A stretch of 64,000 bases of DNA from Eledone cirrhosa. Lineage: Eukaryota. Location: NCBI GenBank assembly GCA_964016885.1, contig OZ024747.1, forward strand, positions 69,068,001 to 69,132,000, given 5' to 3'. A program made the translations under genes and the position numbers. The notes beneath the pieces were generated by a model, which worked only from the letters and a program-made list of their open reading frames with translations, ran no database searches and had not been told where the DNA came from. Shown piece after piece: positions 25,442 to 41,500 of this stretch (its first letter is position 1; each line of letters opens with the position of its first letter).

Positions 25442-26202
25442 TTATTTGCAACTCAATCAAGAGTTAACCTAATATGCCATTATTATACAGAATTGTATTT
25501 CCTTGCCTACTTTACATATGGCTTACCTGGAGTAGGTGAAAACATCTTCGTAGTTTACCTCAGACTGATTCTAAGTCCAAAAGCCATACATTCACCGAAA
25601 AGAAATCTATCATCTTCTGAATAGCTTGTCCCGAGTGGATAACAAGGCCACAATTACCAATATATAACATAACTCGAACCTGGTCCATAACAGTTTTCGA
25701 TATCGCTCTGATATAATTTAATTTAAATATTTTAACTTGTGCATAAGAGCGGAAAAAGAAGCCCTAACTCACAGTCTAGAAATACATGGCCATTGACATT
25801 GTGAGTTAGCAACAATATTGGTACTGGCACATCCCGCTTCCTTGACATCATTATCCACAGAGATCGGTTCCAATATAACGTAATATAACGTAAACGTTGA
25901 AGTAGGCCTTCATACAAGTGTGAAGTTAGTCAAACTTAGGCTAGCACTCAAACTTCTCCAGGGATTTCCACAGTGCCCTTCTGTTCACCGTATTAAAGAT
26001 TTTTCCTAGGTCGACATACACCAGATAAAGGAGGAGTCCTTAGTTTATGTGCTTCTCTTGAAGGTCGCTGATGCCAAAAGGAACATAAGTCTCTCTGTAT
26101 ATCCTAATCCATTTACTTTTTCGTAAGTCATATTTATTACATGAAGTGTATTTATATATATCTTTTTCTCTTCCATCTTGTATGTAGGACAGAGTTAGTG
26201 TG

Positions 26203-26233
<31 letters not shown>

Positions 26234-26322
26234 ATATATTTATTTACATATAAATATATGTATATGTATATAAATAATATAGATGTACTCTATTGTTTGC
26301 TTTGCTGTCTCCGTTTCCGTTT

Positions 26323-26404
<82 letters not shown>

Positions 26405-26824
26405 TATCTATATATGAATATCTATATATGTAAATGTATATAGTCTGTGGTAGTGCCAATGCGAGAATGAAATTATACTAGAGCGTAAGAGGGAGCGAAA
26501 GATGGCGAGAGAGGGAGAGATGAGTGTATATGTGTGTATGTGTGCGGTGGTGGTGGTGGGGGAGAAAAATGGAGAGAGAAGACATAATGAAAGAAGCAAA
26601 GTGAATATTGAAAGGAATAAAAGGAATGGCGAAAGAAAGAGCGAACGAGGCTAGAAGTGGAGTGAAAGCATGTATAAGGCGGGAGAGACTTATGAGTGCT
26701 AAGTAAACAAAACGGCGAGGTGTGTCATTCATTGTAATGTAGAATTAAATATGTGGTAAAAGCAATAAATAATAAGGCATAAACAACTAGGGGAATGCCA
26801 ATTGTAGGAATCGTCTGTCTGTGA

Positions 26825-26864
<40 letters not shown>

Positions 26865-26961
26865 GCCTGTCTGCCTGTATGCGTAAACACACATATGCAC
26901 ACTCATACAAGCGTAGATATTTATATATATATGTATAAATATATATATATATAAATATATG

Positions 26962-27418
26962 CAAAAGTTCTATTTAAATTGTTGGGATACAACAAGCAAA
27001 TATTTTTATAACTGATATAAAGCACTCGACAAGTATTTGGAGTAAATATACGATATTAACAAATGGAAACTATATTTATAAAACCATATCTATTTTATTA
27101 TACATATTTCAAGGATACCATGTTAAATTATGGTATGCTTTCATCAGACAAAATACAATATATAGCAGTTTTATAAATAAACATTGACGTACCCTTTCAA
27201 AATGCAACCGTTACTTTTTGAAGACATCAAGGATAGTCCTTGATGTCTTCAAAAAGTAACGGTTGCATTTTGAAAGGGTACGTCAATGTTTATTTATAAA
27301 ACTGCTATATATTGTATTTTGTCTGATGAAAGCATACCATAATTTAACATGGTATCCTTGAAATATGTATAATAAAATAGATATGGTTTTATAAATATAG
27401 TTTCCATTTGTTAATATC

Positions 27419-27424
<6 letters not shown>
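26962..27424. mobile_element. Fold-back PLE-type pseudo-LTR insertion with a palindrome of about 188-bp arms
   Basis: 27046-27233 is the reverse complement of 27237-27424, with loop TAG. Related copies lie at 27868-28035 and 33057-33237. Confidence 0.85.
27315..27379 (+). ncRNA. Type-I hammerhead ribozyme motif (mirror 27091-27155 -; homologues 27930-27994 +, 33132-33196 +)
   Basis: tattttgt-CTGATGA-aagcatacca..tggtatcctt-GAAA-tatgtat-a/ataaaata. Stem II covaries (atacca/tggtat vs acacca/tggtgt) in the homologues. Confidence 0.8.
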
Positions 27425-27451
<27 letters not shown>

Positions 27452-27456
<5 letters not shown>

Positions 27457-27512
27457 GGAAAAAAATGAAACGAAATTTCATTTCTCACTCTTAGTACGGC
27501 TGTTACTTAAAT
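27452..27512. repeat. Short (TA)n-embedded element of about 60 bp (inverted copy at 48659-48719)
   Basis: aaatgaaacgaaatttcatttc.cactct.agtacggctgttacttaaatat is present twice in opposite orientation. Confidence 0.65.
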
Positions 27513-28034
27513 ATCAGTATGTATACGTACATACATATATGTATAGAGACGTACGGTAGTATGTATATATATACATACATGCACACATGTACGTATGGAT
27601 TTACCGAACATTTATTATAATGTTCGGTGTGTTTGTAAACGAAACATCCCGAATTAAGCCGTAGTGTCTAGCAACCATCGTTGCCCTTTTGTTCAACACT
27701 GACAGAGGAACGATGTACTAGTTTCAAGATTATTCGCTATCGTCAGCGGCGTATAGCTTCCTGCCAGATGATTGAACGTCTGAAAGTATATACTTTCCTT
27801 ATGCATATTAACGGCTGAGCAGTCTAATTTGCATATCGAGTGAGTTAATTCAACCATTACTGTTGGAAGCTCCCAGGTTGCATTTTTTAAGGGTATGTCA
27901 ATATTTATTTATAAAACTGATCTATATTATATTTTATCTGATGAAAGTACACCATAATTTAACTTGGTGTCCTTGAAATATGTATAATGAAATAAATATG
28001 GTTTTATAAATATAGTTTCCATTTGTTAATATCG

Positions 28035-28122
<88 letters not shown>

Positions 28123-28210
28123 CATATATGTATATATATACATACATACATACATATATATATACATACATACAGGCATACATATATGTATGTATATATA
28201 TATATATATT

Positions 28211-28275
<65 letters not shown>

Positions 28276-28345
28276 CATATATATATATAGTATATATATA
28301 TATAGTATATATATATATATATAGTAATGGCTTCTTTATTATATA

Positions 28346-28475
28346 TAGTAATAATAATAAATGTGAGGACTAAAATCCAAAGAGGGCTCGATAAGGATAA
28401 ATATATATCAAATATATAAGAACCGTAGAGCAAATATTTATTAAAATAACAGATTAAAGTTTAAGCAAAGAATCG

Positions 28476-28477
<2 letters not shown>
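28346..28477 (-). mobile_element. Short (TA)n-embedded element, family B (also 31836-31972, 33503-33590, 36589-36668)
   Basis: Shared gactaaaatccaaagagggctc motif. The copy at 31836 has a hammerhead-like GAAGA-tcccgttaagggt-GAAA-gcag..ctgc-tt on the minus strand. Confidence 0.7.
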
Positions 28478-28571
<94 letters not shown>

Positions 28572-28583
28572 GTATATATATAC

Positions 28584-28639
<56 letters not shown>

Positions 28640-28666
28640 GTATATATATTTTATATATATATACAC

Positions 28667-28708
<42 letters not shown>

Positions 28709-28856
28709 CGTAGTTAAGAAAGCCACAACAATGCAGAGGGAAATCTCGAAGTAGGAAGTGAAAGATAGATAGGAGAAACAGGTGAAAGTGAAAATTGAGA
28801 GAGACAAAGATGAAAACAAAACAAAGGTAGAAGGGTTACCGTAGTGGAGATTTAAT

Positions 28857-28890
28857 CCCAATATTTCGGGCTCACGCCCATCAACAGGGG
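28857..28890 (-). ncRNA. Degenerate hammerhead motif (CUGUUGA core)
   Basis: Minus strand reads ccc-CTGTTGA-tgggc gtga gccc-GAA-ATAT-T/ggg. A perfect 16-bp hairpin lies nearby at 28945-28979. Confidence 0.5.
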
Positions 28891-29058
28891 AAAGTTCCAA
28901 AAGGGGGGGAACAGGCCAAGCGGAGAAAGTTGTGATGTCGTTAAGACAGGAATGCCGTTATAATAACGGCATTCCTGTCAGCTTCAGACCTACCTGTTGA
29001 TTGGTTCTGTCCTTTGCACCTAACAACACACACACATAAATATATGTATCTATATCTA

Positions 29059-29136
29059 AAGGCTGTTCCAAAAAATGTATACACTTATTTATTAGAATGG
29101 TGTTGAAGAGTGTATACATTTTTTTGGGAAACCCTG
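29059..29136. mobile_element. Very short Tc1/mariner-type MITE
   Basis: Inverted ends ..ccaaaaaatgtatacac / gtgtatacatttttttggg.aaccctg-TA. Confidence 0.6.
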
Positions 29137-29160
29137 TATATGTGTATATGTGTGCGTGTG

Positions 29161-29217
<57 letters not shown>

Positions 29218-29239
29218 ATGTGCATTGTATGCGTGTGTT

Positions 29240-29270
<31 letters not shown>

Positions 29271-29419
29271 CTGCTCTGTAGAACATGTTATTACATTGAG
29301 CTATTTATCTTACTGGTAATAAGGTAGTAATAAATTACTGACCTTCACTGTTTAGGGTATAAAATATATATAACTATAAAAAGTTTTAGTATATATATAA
29401 CCATAAATAGTATCCTTAA

Positions 29420-29455
<36 letters not shown>

Positions 29456-29657
29456 TCTCAAGCGGGAAACTAAAAACATACTATTTGTACTGTTCTGTTT
29501 TTTGTTCTTTGTACATTTATTCAACTATATATACATGATAAAGAGTTAAGAATTACACTCAACGGTTATACAATAGGGTTTATTCGAAGTATTAACACAT
29601 GTTTCATTGGTCCAGTGTGTCTAAAAACTTCTGCTTGGATTGCCTTCAACTATACCT

Positions 29658-29768
<111 letters not shown>

Positions 29769-29871
29769 ATATATATAATATATGTTATTTATACTCCAGT
29801 CCTACAAACTGTAGAGTGCTTATCCGATATCTGCATTGCTTTATTGTGCTACAATAAAACTCACCTCCTAC

Positions 29872-29952
<81 letters not shown>

Positions 29953-29960
29953 ATATATAT

Positions 29961-30014
<54 letters not shown>

Positions 30015-30030
30015 CACACACACATATATA

Positions 30031-30079
<49 letters not shown>

Positions 30080-30367
30080 TGTGTGTGTATGGAGGGGTGC
30101 ATTTGTATGTATCTGTTTGCGTATAATTACAAATGTTTTTTCCACAGTGGAACGGGAGGGAACAGTTCTAGTCTAGTATGAAAAATGGCCGAAGTTAGTT
30201 GTCAGACCGGGTGATGTAAACTATGAAGACTAAATTATCCAAAAGGAATACACCAGAGTAGGATGATAGGTAATAGTGTAACAGATGAAAATAAATGAAT
30301 ATAATAAAGTCTTTGACGCTTCGGACATTAGTCAATCATCAGGAGGAAAAGGATAGAATAGGGACTA

Positions 30368-30409
<42 letters not shown>

Positions 30410-30556
30410 TGGGGGAGGGATAACTGGTTAAAAAGAAAATAGGTGAAACAGGAAGAAATATAAAGATAAATGAGGGGATTACGCACTCACATACACGCAC
30501 ATATATGTATGTATGTCTATATGTATCGATCTATCTATGTGTCTGTGTATATATGG

Positions 30557-30595
<39 letters not shown>

Positions 30596-30817
30596 TATAT
30601 ATATATATATTAATATATATATTAATATATATATTATACATACATTCATAAATATATATATATATATATTATATATATACACAGACACATACACACACAC
30701 GCACACATATATATATATTACTCTTTTACTCTTTTACCTGTTCCAGCCATATTATGCATATACATATATACATATGTATATATAAAAATACATAGAGATT
30801 ATATATATATATATATA

Positions 30818-30934
<117 letters not shown>

Positions 30935-31288
30935 AAAAGGAGTGAAAAGCGACTAAGATATGAGATAAGCATGAACAGAAGATAAGACCAACACACGAGC
31001 ACAGTTAGTGAGAAGAGAGCACGGAGAGGAGAGGAGGAATTGTATGATGTTGCAATGAAAAGATGTCAAACCAGCGCGTTACGTCCGTTCTCTCGCTATT
31101 TTTCAATATACATATACATACATATACATATACATACATATATATATACAAACATACATATATACATACCTATTTATATATATACATACATATATACATA
31201 CATACATATATATATACATACACACATACATACACAAATACATACATTCATACATACACACAAATATATATACAAACACACACACACC

Positions 31289-31341
<53 letters not shown>

Positions 31342-31428
31342 GTGTATGTGTGTGTTTATATTATGAGCAGGGCCTGCTTAAAATTAGATAACTGATATAA
31401 TATACCGTTAATGACGATGGTGTATTCA

Positions 31429-31490
<62 letters not shown>

Positions 31491-31749
31491 TATCCTCTCT
31501 CTCAATCTCCCCCCCACCCATCACTGTTTCGTCTTCTCTTATATATATGTGTGATGCACCCACATGCACACCAAGCACACACACACACACCTGCGTACAT
31601 ACACACACATAGATACACATACACTAATTCATAGTCTGGCTTTCAATCCCACAGTGTGGGACTCCACCGAGTGTGGCTTACTGTGACCACAGGTTGACCA
31701 TTACCCACTAAGGGAAATTAGTTATAGAGAAATTGTGCAAAATCTAATC

Positions 31750-31810
<61 letters not shown>

Positions 31811-31985
31811 TATATATATAGATATATATTTATTATAATAACAGATTAAACTTTAAGCAGAGAATCGCTGCTTTCACCCTTAACGGGATCTTCTGAAACT
31901 CTAGGGTTCTTATATATTTATCTTTACGGAGCCCTCTTTGGATTTTAGTCTTCAAATGTATTATTATTACTAAATATATATATTT

Positions 31986-32135
31986 CATATAGAAATGGCT
32001 TTTAAAGGACTAGAACTGATGATTTCTCCCGAATGAAACAGCTCTAGTCCCGTAGAAGCCATTTCTATATTAAATATTTATACTCTGCTTTGTATTAAGT
32101 ACCTTACTTACTGTGGTTACCCCCGATTGAACCCA

Positions 32136-32140
<5 letters not shown>
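31986..32140 (+). mobile_element. Fold-back (TA)n insertion with a hammerhead core (tail copy at 38296-38358 -)
   Basis: Inverted repeat atatagaaatggctt..ggactaga / tctagtcc..aagccatttctatat enclosing CTGATGA..GAAAC..GTC. Confidence 0.65.
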
Positions 32141-32195
<55 letters not shown>

Positions 32196-32457
32196 GGTCG
32201 TTTTGGAAGCCTCAACAATGCAGATGTGTAAATCTCCGAGTAAGAGAATGAGGTGGTAATGAGAGAGTTGTAAGAGGAAGGGTAGTAAGAGACATAGAGA
32301 ACGTGAAAGAACGTAGGATATGTGTGTCTGTATGTGGTATGTGTATTTGTGTGTGGGTGTGTGCCTGCGTGCGTGTATGCATGTGTGAGTGTCTGTGTGC
32401 GCGTGTCTGTATGTGTCAGTCTGTGTGCGTGTCTGTATGTGGTATGTGTGTGTGTGT

Positions 32458-32516
<59 letters not shown>

Positions 32517-32878
32517 CCTGCGTGCGTGTATGCATGTGTGAGTGTCTGTGTGTGTGTGTACGTATTTGTGAGTGTCTGTGTGTCTGTATGTGTGAGTCTG
32601 TGTGCGTATCTGTATGTGGTGTGTATGTGTGTGTCTGTGTTTCAGTTCAGTTTTATATCCCGGTTACATAGCGGTTCAACAAAAAATGTTTGATGAAATA
32701 AGTATCAATGCTTTGGTTGCTATGCTCGACTATATCCCCCGAAGGCGGTGCCCTCATCATGCCCCCAGTAAAAGGACTGAGAACAATCTCTATTTCTCTC
32801 TCTCTCTCTCTCTCTCTACATATATATATATATATACATTTGTCCATCTAAAGTGCATATTTTTCCTTGAGATATGTG

Positions 32879-32957
<79 letters not shown>

Positions 32958-33235
32958 ATACTGTGTATTTTCATAAGAAATATGATCCTTTCTCTCTCTA
33001 TAAATATATGCATACATATATTTATTAATTGATATATAAATATATATATATATATCCGGGAGCTTCCAACAGAAATGGTCGCATTCTTTAAGGGTACGTC
33101 AATATTTATTTATAAAACTGATCCTATATTATATTTTATCTGATGAAAGCACACCATAATTTAATTTGGTGTCCTTGAAATATGTATAATGAAATAATAT
33201 AGTTTTATAAATATAGTTTCCATTTGTTAATATAC

Positions 33236-33334
<99 letters not shown>

Positions 33335-34331
33335 TTATTAATATATAGGAACATGTAACTAGTAACGAGTGAATTTTAGCAGGTAAAAGTACACAAACTC
33401 CCCCATACACATACACACTCGATCTTTTGTTTTCTACCTACATGTCTATTTATCTATCTATTGATTGACCATTTATCTATCTTTCTACCTCTCTTTATAT
33501 TATGCTCTACGGTTCTATATATTTGATATATATTTATCCTTATCGAGCCCCGCTTTGGATTTTAGTCTTCAAATTTATTATTATTACTATATATATTTAT
33601 ATATATATATATATATATGCATATATATACATTTATATATATTAATTTGATATATATATGCATATATATATATTTTTTTTAATTTGATATCTATATATAT
33701 ATATATATATATTAATTTTATATATATAGATATATAGATATATTTTATATATATTTTATATATATATATATTGAAGGCTTAAGTACTAATACATACATTT
33801 AAGTACATATCTTATTATCTATATTCTCCGCTGTTCAGCAAATCTTCACACATGTAGATTGCCTGAAACACGTGAGTTATGAGGAAACTGCTTTCAATTG
33901 TTGGAACATGTAACTAGTAACGAGTGAGTTTTAGTAGGTAAAAGTACACAAACTCCCCCATACACATACACACTCGGATCTTTTGTTTTCTACCTACATG
34001 TCTATTTATCTATCTATTGATTGTCCATTTATCTATCTTTCTATCTCTCTTTATATCTATCAGTCTATCATTATATCTATCTAATCCCGCCGAGGTTGAC
34101 TTTGCCTTTCATCCTTACGGGGTCGATAAAATAAAGTACCAGTAATACACTGGGTATTTGCTGGCCTTGTGCCAAAAGTAGAAACAATTATATCTATCTA
34201 TCTATACAATTATCTACTTACCCACATACTCTCTCTCTCTCTCCCTCTCTCACTCTCTCTCTCTCACTCTCTCTCTCTCTCTCACACACATATATATATG
34301 GTATAATTCTCTCTACACATAGACGTAACTA

Positions 34332-34362
<31 letters not shown>

Positions 34363-34365
34363 ATG

Positions 34366-34409
<44 letters not shown>

Positions 34410-34644
34410 TGTGTATGTGTGTATGTGTGTATGTCTATATATATGTATATATATATATGCGTGTGTGCGTGTATGTGAATGTGTATGTGTGTATGTGTGT
34501 TTGTATATGTGCACGTCTATGTGTGAGTGATTATGTTTGTGTCCGAGTCTCTGATTATATCCCATAAGTTCGACAAAAGATAATCGCCAAAATTATTTCC
34601 AAGCTTGTAAATTTCTCTATCAATATCTCTCTATCTATAATTAC

Positions 34645-35205
<561 letters not shown>

Positions 35206-35503
35206 CAAACATTCACGCTCACGTGTGTGAACGTGTATGTTCGTCTGTATGGTTATATATCTCTCCTATGATATAAGCTGCCCTATCTAAACGAATCCTG
35301 GTCGTCAGTATTTTAGTGTAATATTCTAGGGATTCGGCCATACTAGTAGGAGAGGCGGTGGGCTGGAAGAGAGAACATGTCGAGCACTAATCAGAAAACC
35401 GTTGAGGACCTTCTGTGAATCAATTACGATAAATAAAGAAGAAACAAATGAGAAATTTCAGAAAAGTAGATTATATTCACTCCATATGATTGACACATCC
35501 ATC

Positions 35504-35557
<54 letters not shown>

Positions 35558-36513
35558 GTGTGTCTATTTCATTCATTCATACACACCCCATACACCTATC
35601 AATCTCGCCATTTTAAGTGTCGAAAGAGTGGTACATTAAGCCGCCAGATTTCTGAACGGTAAATTGAGATTGCAGAGTGAAAATCTACCGGCAGGGTTTA
35701 TATACATTATATACATATCATGGCTCTCATTTCTGAACGTAAGGACTGTGGATCGTCGGAGTTATTAAAGTGTCGGACAAAGTGATTTGAAGCATTTAGT
35801 TACGGCCCTTTACGTTCTGAGTTTAAATCCCGTCGAGGTCAGCTTTGCCCTTCATCCTCTCTGGGTCAATATTTAATCGACTTACTCCTCCCATTTGTAC
35901 CTAAATCTTTATTTATGAACGTACAATTGAAACTACACTGTGACAATCTACCGAGCCGGCTTATATACACTTCCTAGTCATTGGCAGTATCGGTAGAGGG
36001 TCGTACGCCATGGTTTGCAGCATAGAGTTACGCCCCTTTACGGTCTGAGTTCAAATCCCGCCAAGGTTAACTTTGCTTTTCAGCCTTACGGGGTCGATAA
36101 AATAAAGTACTAGATAATTGCTGGCCTTGTACCAAAAGTAGAAACAATTATTCCTTAACCTTGAGACTACAGGGTGACAATCTACCTACCGGCTTATACA
36201 CACTTCCTCGCTATTATTTCTGAAACGTACATTTGAGATTATAATGTGACAATCAACCGGCTTACATACGCTATTATTGGCCAATTGTCACCAAATCTGT
36301 ACGGGAATTCTATCGAAATAGACATTGTGTATTTGAGGATCGCAATGATGATGTTGATGATGATGATGATGATGATGGTAGCAACGAGACAATTCCAAAT
36401 AGGCAACATGCCCTTAGATGCACTCAGGTGGAAGAGAAAGCAAAAGAAAAAGGAAAGAAGAAAAAAACGCGTTTCTAACTATAGAACATATATATAATTG
36501 TGTGTGTGCATGA

Positions 36514-36565
<52 letters not shown>

Positions 36566-37140
36566 GCGTGCATGTATATATATATATATAGTAATAATAA
36601 TAAATTTGAAGACTAAAATCCAAAGAGGGCTCGATAAGGATAAGTATATATCAAATATATAGGAACCATTTGACCGCCAAAACCGGGGGTTACCTCCCTT
36701 AGGAGAAACCACGTGACTACTAGCAGTGTTTACTATTAGTTCTTGCAACCGGCGGAGGCAGAACGAAAACTTGTTGGCGAAGTAAATTCCACTGTTCTAT
36801 TTTCCAAAGCCCAATTAACTTGCAGGTCCCTGCAAATGGATTTTGTTGATTTCGGATTTACAGAAACCTAGTAGAGATGTTATATAATTTTATGTAATAT
36901 GTCCATGATGGTCCAGGTAACAGTCAAACTTTTCCCTGAGTCGGTTTTTTTGTTGTTCTGGTCCTAGCGGCTCGCTTTTCGGTCGCTGGCTTCAATTTGC
37001 ACAGCTGTCTAAACGTAATGTTATAACTCTAAGGTAAAATACCTTATTGAGTGCTTTTGGCTGCACTTCCCGACAGCATTCGTTAGCTTGCCCGCAACTA
37101 GAGATTCGATTATGCTGTACTACTTTCTTGTACCTTCTTG

Positions 37141-37204
<64 letters not shown>

Positions 37205-37405
37205 TGTGTGTGTATATATATATATAGGCATATATACATACAGGAACATACATACACAACTGCCACGTGACAACCATTTTGTACTAGATTTGTTTTGGAT
37301 ATGGAAATTTGGTATCTTACTTCCTACCTCTCTCTCAGTGATGACAAAATAACCAGTCGTCATATGTCTACATACCCATCTCTCTATCTATCTATCTATC
37401 TATCT

Positions 37406-37447
<42 letters not shown>

Positions 37448-37482
37448 GATCTTCCTAACTACCTACCTACCTGCCTCTCTCA

Positions 37483-37560
<78 letters not shown>

Positions 37561-37683
37561 AGTAAGAATATTTTCGAAACAGCGAGCGAGTTTGAAATTA
37601 TAAATGTAAGCTATCGTCGTATTTTGACTATCAGGCTAAATAATTTAATTTCTTTAGTCAAAATACGGCGATAGCTTACTTAC

Positions 37684-37728
<45 letters not shown>

Positions 37729-37779
37729 ATAATGAAATGACAGGAGGCTGGACTTCTGTAAATCCTTGAAAGGTTTATT

Positions 37780-37837
37780 ATACTATGATCATTTCAATGA
37801 CCGGGTTCCGTATGAATCCGGTGACATCATCAGGTAT
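37780..37837 (-). ncRNA. Type-I hammerhead ribozyme motif in a (TA)n-flanked insert (about 37727-38093)
   Basis: Minus strand reads atac-CTGATGA-tgtcaccggattc atacg gaacccggtcatt-GAA-ATGATCAT-A/gtat. Confidence 0.78.
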
Positions 37838-38070
37838 TCGAAATATAATAAGTGAATGTAACAGATAAAATCCATGGGGCTGAAAATCAAAGACCCGAGG
37901 ACGACCGCCATCCAGCATCTTCCACTCTAGCCGGTCGCCCTCAAGTGACGTGGCTAAAGCTTACAGTGTGCTACTACCGGTCAAATAAAGGAAAACAGAA
38001 AGGAATAGGAACATAAGTCAGCGTTACCATACGGAATTGACCAGCTCTATCCACTGGTGAACCTCAAACC

Positions 38071-38130
<60 letters not shown>

Positions 38131-38133
38131 TAT

Positions 38134-38183
<50 letters not shown>

Positions 38184-38209
38184 ACATACATATATATATA
38201 CATATATAT

Positions 38210-38280
<71 letters not shown>

Positions 38281-38520
38281 TAGATAGATATGTTTATCCC
38301 GGGTTCAATCGGGGGTGACCACTGTAAGTAAGGTACTCAATACATAGCAGAGTATATATCTGTTATCTTCTTGACTGCCAATCTATAGTCATTTATCTAT
38401 GTATTAAAACCTTATTATTTTTGGATATGAATAACAGCAGAAATCCCAATAGTATTTCGAAAATAGGTAGCTAGACAGCTAGACAGACAGATAGACAGAT
38501 AGACAGATAGATAGATAGAT

Positions 38521-41500
38521 AACTTTCTTTTTATTTGCCACCAGGGCATCAAAGAGTGGGACAAGTACAATGGGGGGAGTTTACATAACAAGGCGTCCTC
38601 AATATGGAGGAGGCAATAACAAAATACAAAAATATAAAATATAAAATATAACAAAAATAAATTGAAAAGCAAAATCCTCAATAGGGAGGAGGCGCCTTGG
38701 GGGGTCGCACACACCCCCGAAAAAAGTGTGCAACCCTTCTCCTCAGGAGCACAAAGAGAGGGTGCTCCCATGAACTTTCATCTTTCTCACCTACAATCTG
38801 ATGTAGAGTGAAGGCCCATTCACACAGGCCATTCTCCCCACTTTCACCCATCTTTCATAGAAACGGCTGGGGTGCAGCACCTCTCTCTCCATCCTGATCC
38901 TTCTTCCGAAATTATATCGGAAGAAACGGACCAGTTGTTGGCCAGAGAGAAAGGTGTCTGACCTCAGTCCTTTCAGACGCGTCCACCATACAACCTCTTT
39001 CGCCATGGCTACTACGCACAGAAACATCGCCTCTCCTTCGTTTTTGAAGAGGGGAGGCGGCTTGATCGTTACAATAGACTCGGTGGTCAACCGTATCGGT
39101 CCCACCCTTGACAGCAGTTGTTCGACATAGCCCCACAGATCAGCAATGCCTGAGCAGTGTACCAATGCGTGTGCAACGGTTTCCTCGTCGCACACGTATC
39201 TGGGACTGATCTTTTTCGAAGGGTCCCTACCTGGGCGCCCGTGTCTGTAGAGCCTTTCTCGAACGGGCAGAGCCCCTCGGTAGTACTGCCAGGCCAGGGA
39301 CCTGTGTAAGTTATCCATGGGTCCTGGGCTGAATGTCCTACCGAACAGGTTGGCCAGCTCGTCTTCCTCCATGCCTAGGGCTTCTCCGAGGGCGTCGTCG
39401 CACCTGCTAACCACCAGCCATCTATAGAATGACGAGGTGGATTCTCCACTGACAGCCGGGTCCGCCTGCCAGAGAGCCGTGAGCGCCTGGGCACACTCGG
39501 TGTGCCAGGCGCCCAGTTTTCTCGGTCTTTGCTTGACCCAGGATTGCAGCTCGGTGAACGAGACGAGTCTGGGAAAGGCTCGCCTCACAAACGGGGCCCA
39601 CACCGGTTGACCGGTGAGGAATACCTGGAGGTGCCGTAGCCTTAATGCGTGTTTACGTATCATTAGCCACGGCATCCCCAGCCCTCCTTTCGAAGGGTGT
39701 TGACAGCAGATGGATCTTCTCACCATAGGAGCTCGCTTCTTCCAAAGGAATTGGAAGAGTGCGCGCTCCATTTTGGTGAGCGTTTCTCTTGGGCAAGGCA
39801 CAACGGTGATGACGGACGCTATATAAGTGTTCGCCACCTCCGCCCGACCTTTCAGGGACAGTTTGCACTCGGCCTACTTCTGGATCAGTGCAAACACCCT
39901 GTTCGTTACCTCACCCCTGTTCTTCTTCACCTGGAGGTCTGGTCCGAACCAGACCCCGAGCAACTTCACCGGGCCCTCCGCCCAGCGCCCGACGACGCCA
40001 TCGGAGGGCATCGATCTGCCCCTCCACGTGCCGAGTTGCAGACCGATCGACTTGTCCCGGTTCAGCTTAGCCCTGTAAACCTTTCGTACTCCTCCAGTAA
40101 GGTGCCGATCGTCCCGATTTCCGAGGCCGTCGACACCATTACTGTTACGTCATCGGCGTAGGCTGACACCGCTTTCCGCAATCCCGGTTCCAACGGGATG
40201 CCCTGCAACAACTCCAACTTCCGCAGCAGTGGCTCTAGAGTCACTACATACAGAAGGGAGGAGAGAGGGCACCCTTGTCGGATGGACCGCGCGATTTCGA
40301 ACGGCTCCGAGAGATAGCCGTTCACCTTGACCCTAGAGTAGATGCGGCTGCTGTGCATGGCATTGATCCAGCCCCTGAAAACGGGTCCGAAACCTGCCGC
40401 CGCTAGCACCGCATCCAGGTAATCATGGTTGACCCTATCGAACGCCTTAGATTGATCCAAGTTGATCAAGGTCCACCAAAGTCGGGTTCGTTCCCAACCC
40501 TCTCTATGATGTATCGCATGAGGTGGAGGTGGATGGACCTGGACGGGATATCACATGTCTGCGCATCTCCCACCAGGTTGCCCACGACAAGCGCCAACCT
40601 CTTTGCTAGCGCCTTGGCCAAAATCTGTAACTCTGTATTTAGCAGAGTTATGGGCCTGAAATTATTTATATCGTCCCCCTTGTTCACGTCCTTCCTCACT
40701 AGCGTGACTACGCCCTTGGTCACAGCACAGGGAATTCTCCCGTTCTGTTGCCAGTTGCAGTAGACCGCCTCGAGGAGACCGGGGAACAAGTCCGGCATAG
40801 CTAGATATAGTTCGTATGGAAGACCATCGAGACCCGGGGATTTGCGTTTGCCGCATTGGCTCAGCACGTCCTCTATCTCAGCGGCTGAAATCGGCTCCTC
40901 GCAGGACTTCGCCTCCCTGTCCGAGAGACGCGGCAGGCCATCGAGGTATGGACCGAAGTCCACTTCCCCAACCAGCTCCCCGCCCCTTCCGAACAATCTG
41001 GCAAAGTGCTTTTGAAAAGCCTCGCACATCTGCTTAGGTTCAAGGATCACCCGTCCATCCTGGTCTCGCAAAGACCGGATAGTGGATCTACTCCCTCTTT
41101 TGGCTTCTGTCACGCGGGCCCAGCTAACAGCTTTGGTCCCCTCGTTTCCCAGAGCACGTATTTTGCTTCGGACGATGCAGCCTTCGTGTTTCGCGTCGAA
41201 GAACTGGCCCAGGGCCGTTCTCGACGCTAGCACTCTGGCCACGTCGCCGCTTCTAATTGCCTCTTCTACACTATCTACCAACTCCCTTTCCTTTCTATTT
41301 CTATGTGAGGCTAACTCCTTACTAAATTCTATAGAGACTACTCTAATCTCTCTTTTGAGAGATCCCCACCACCTGCTGTTGACGATGGCGCCCGTCAACC
41401 GCTCCTTAACTAAAGTGCTAATCTGGTCCCTGTAAGCCTTACTTGCCGGTAAGGACAAGTTGATCTTCCAGTAACCGGGTCCCTGTCTATGCGTTCTGTC

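Noticed and set aside
25650-26100. Possible decayed CR1/L2-type LINE fragments (also 49480-49700)
   Set aside because: Only faint peptide resemblance; cannot be supported without a profile search.
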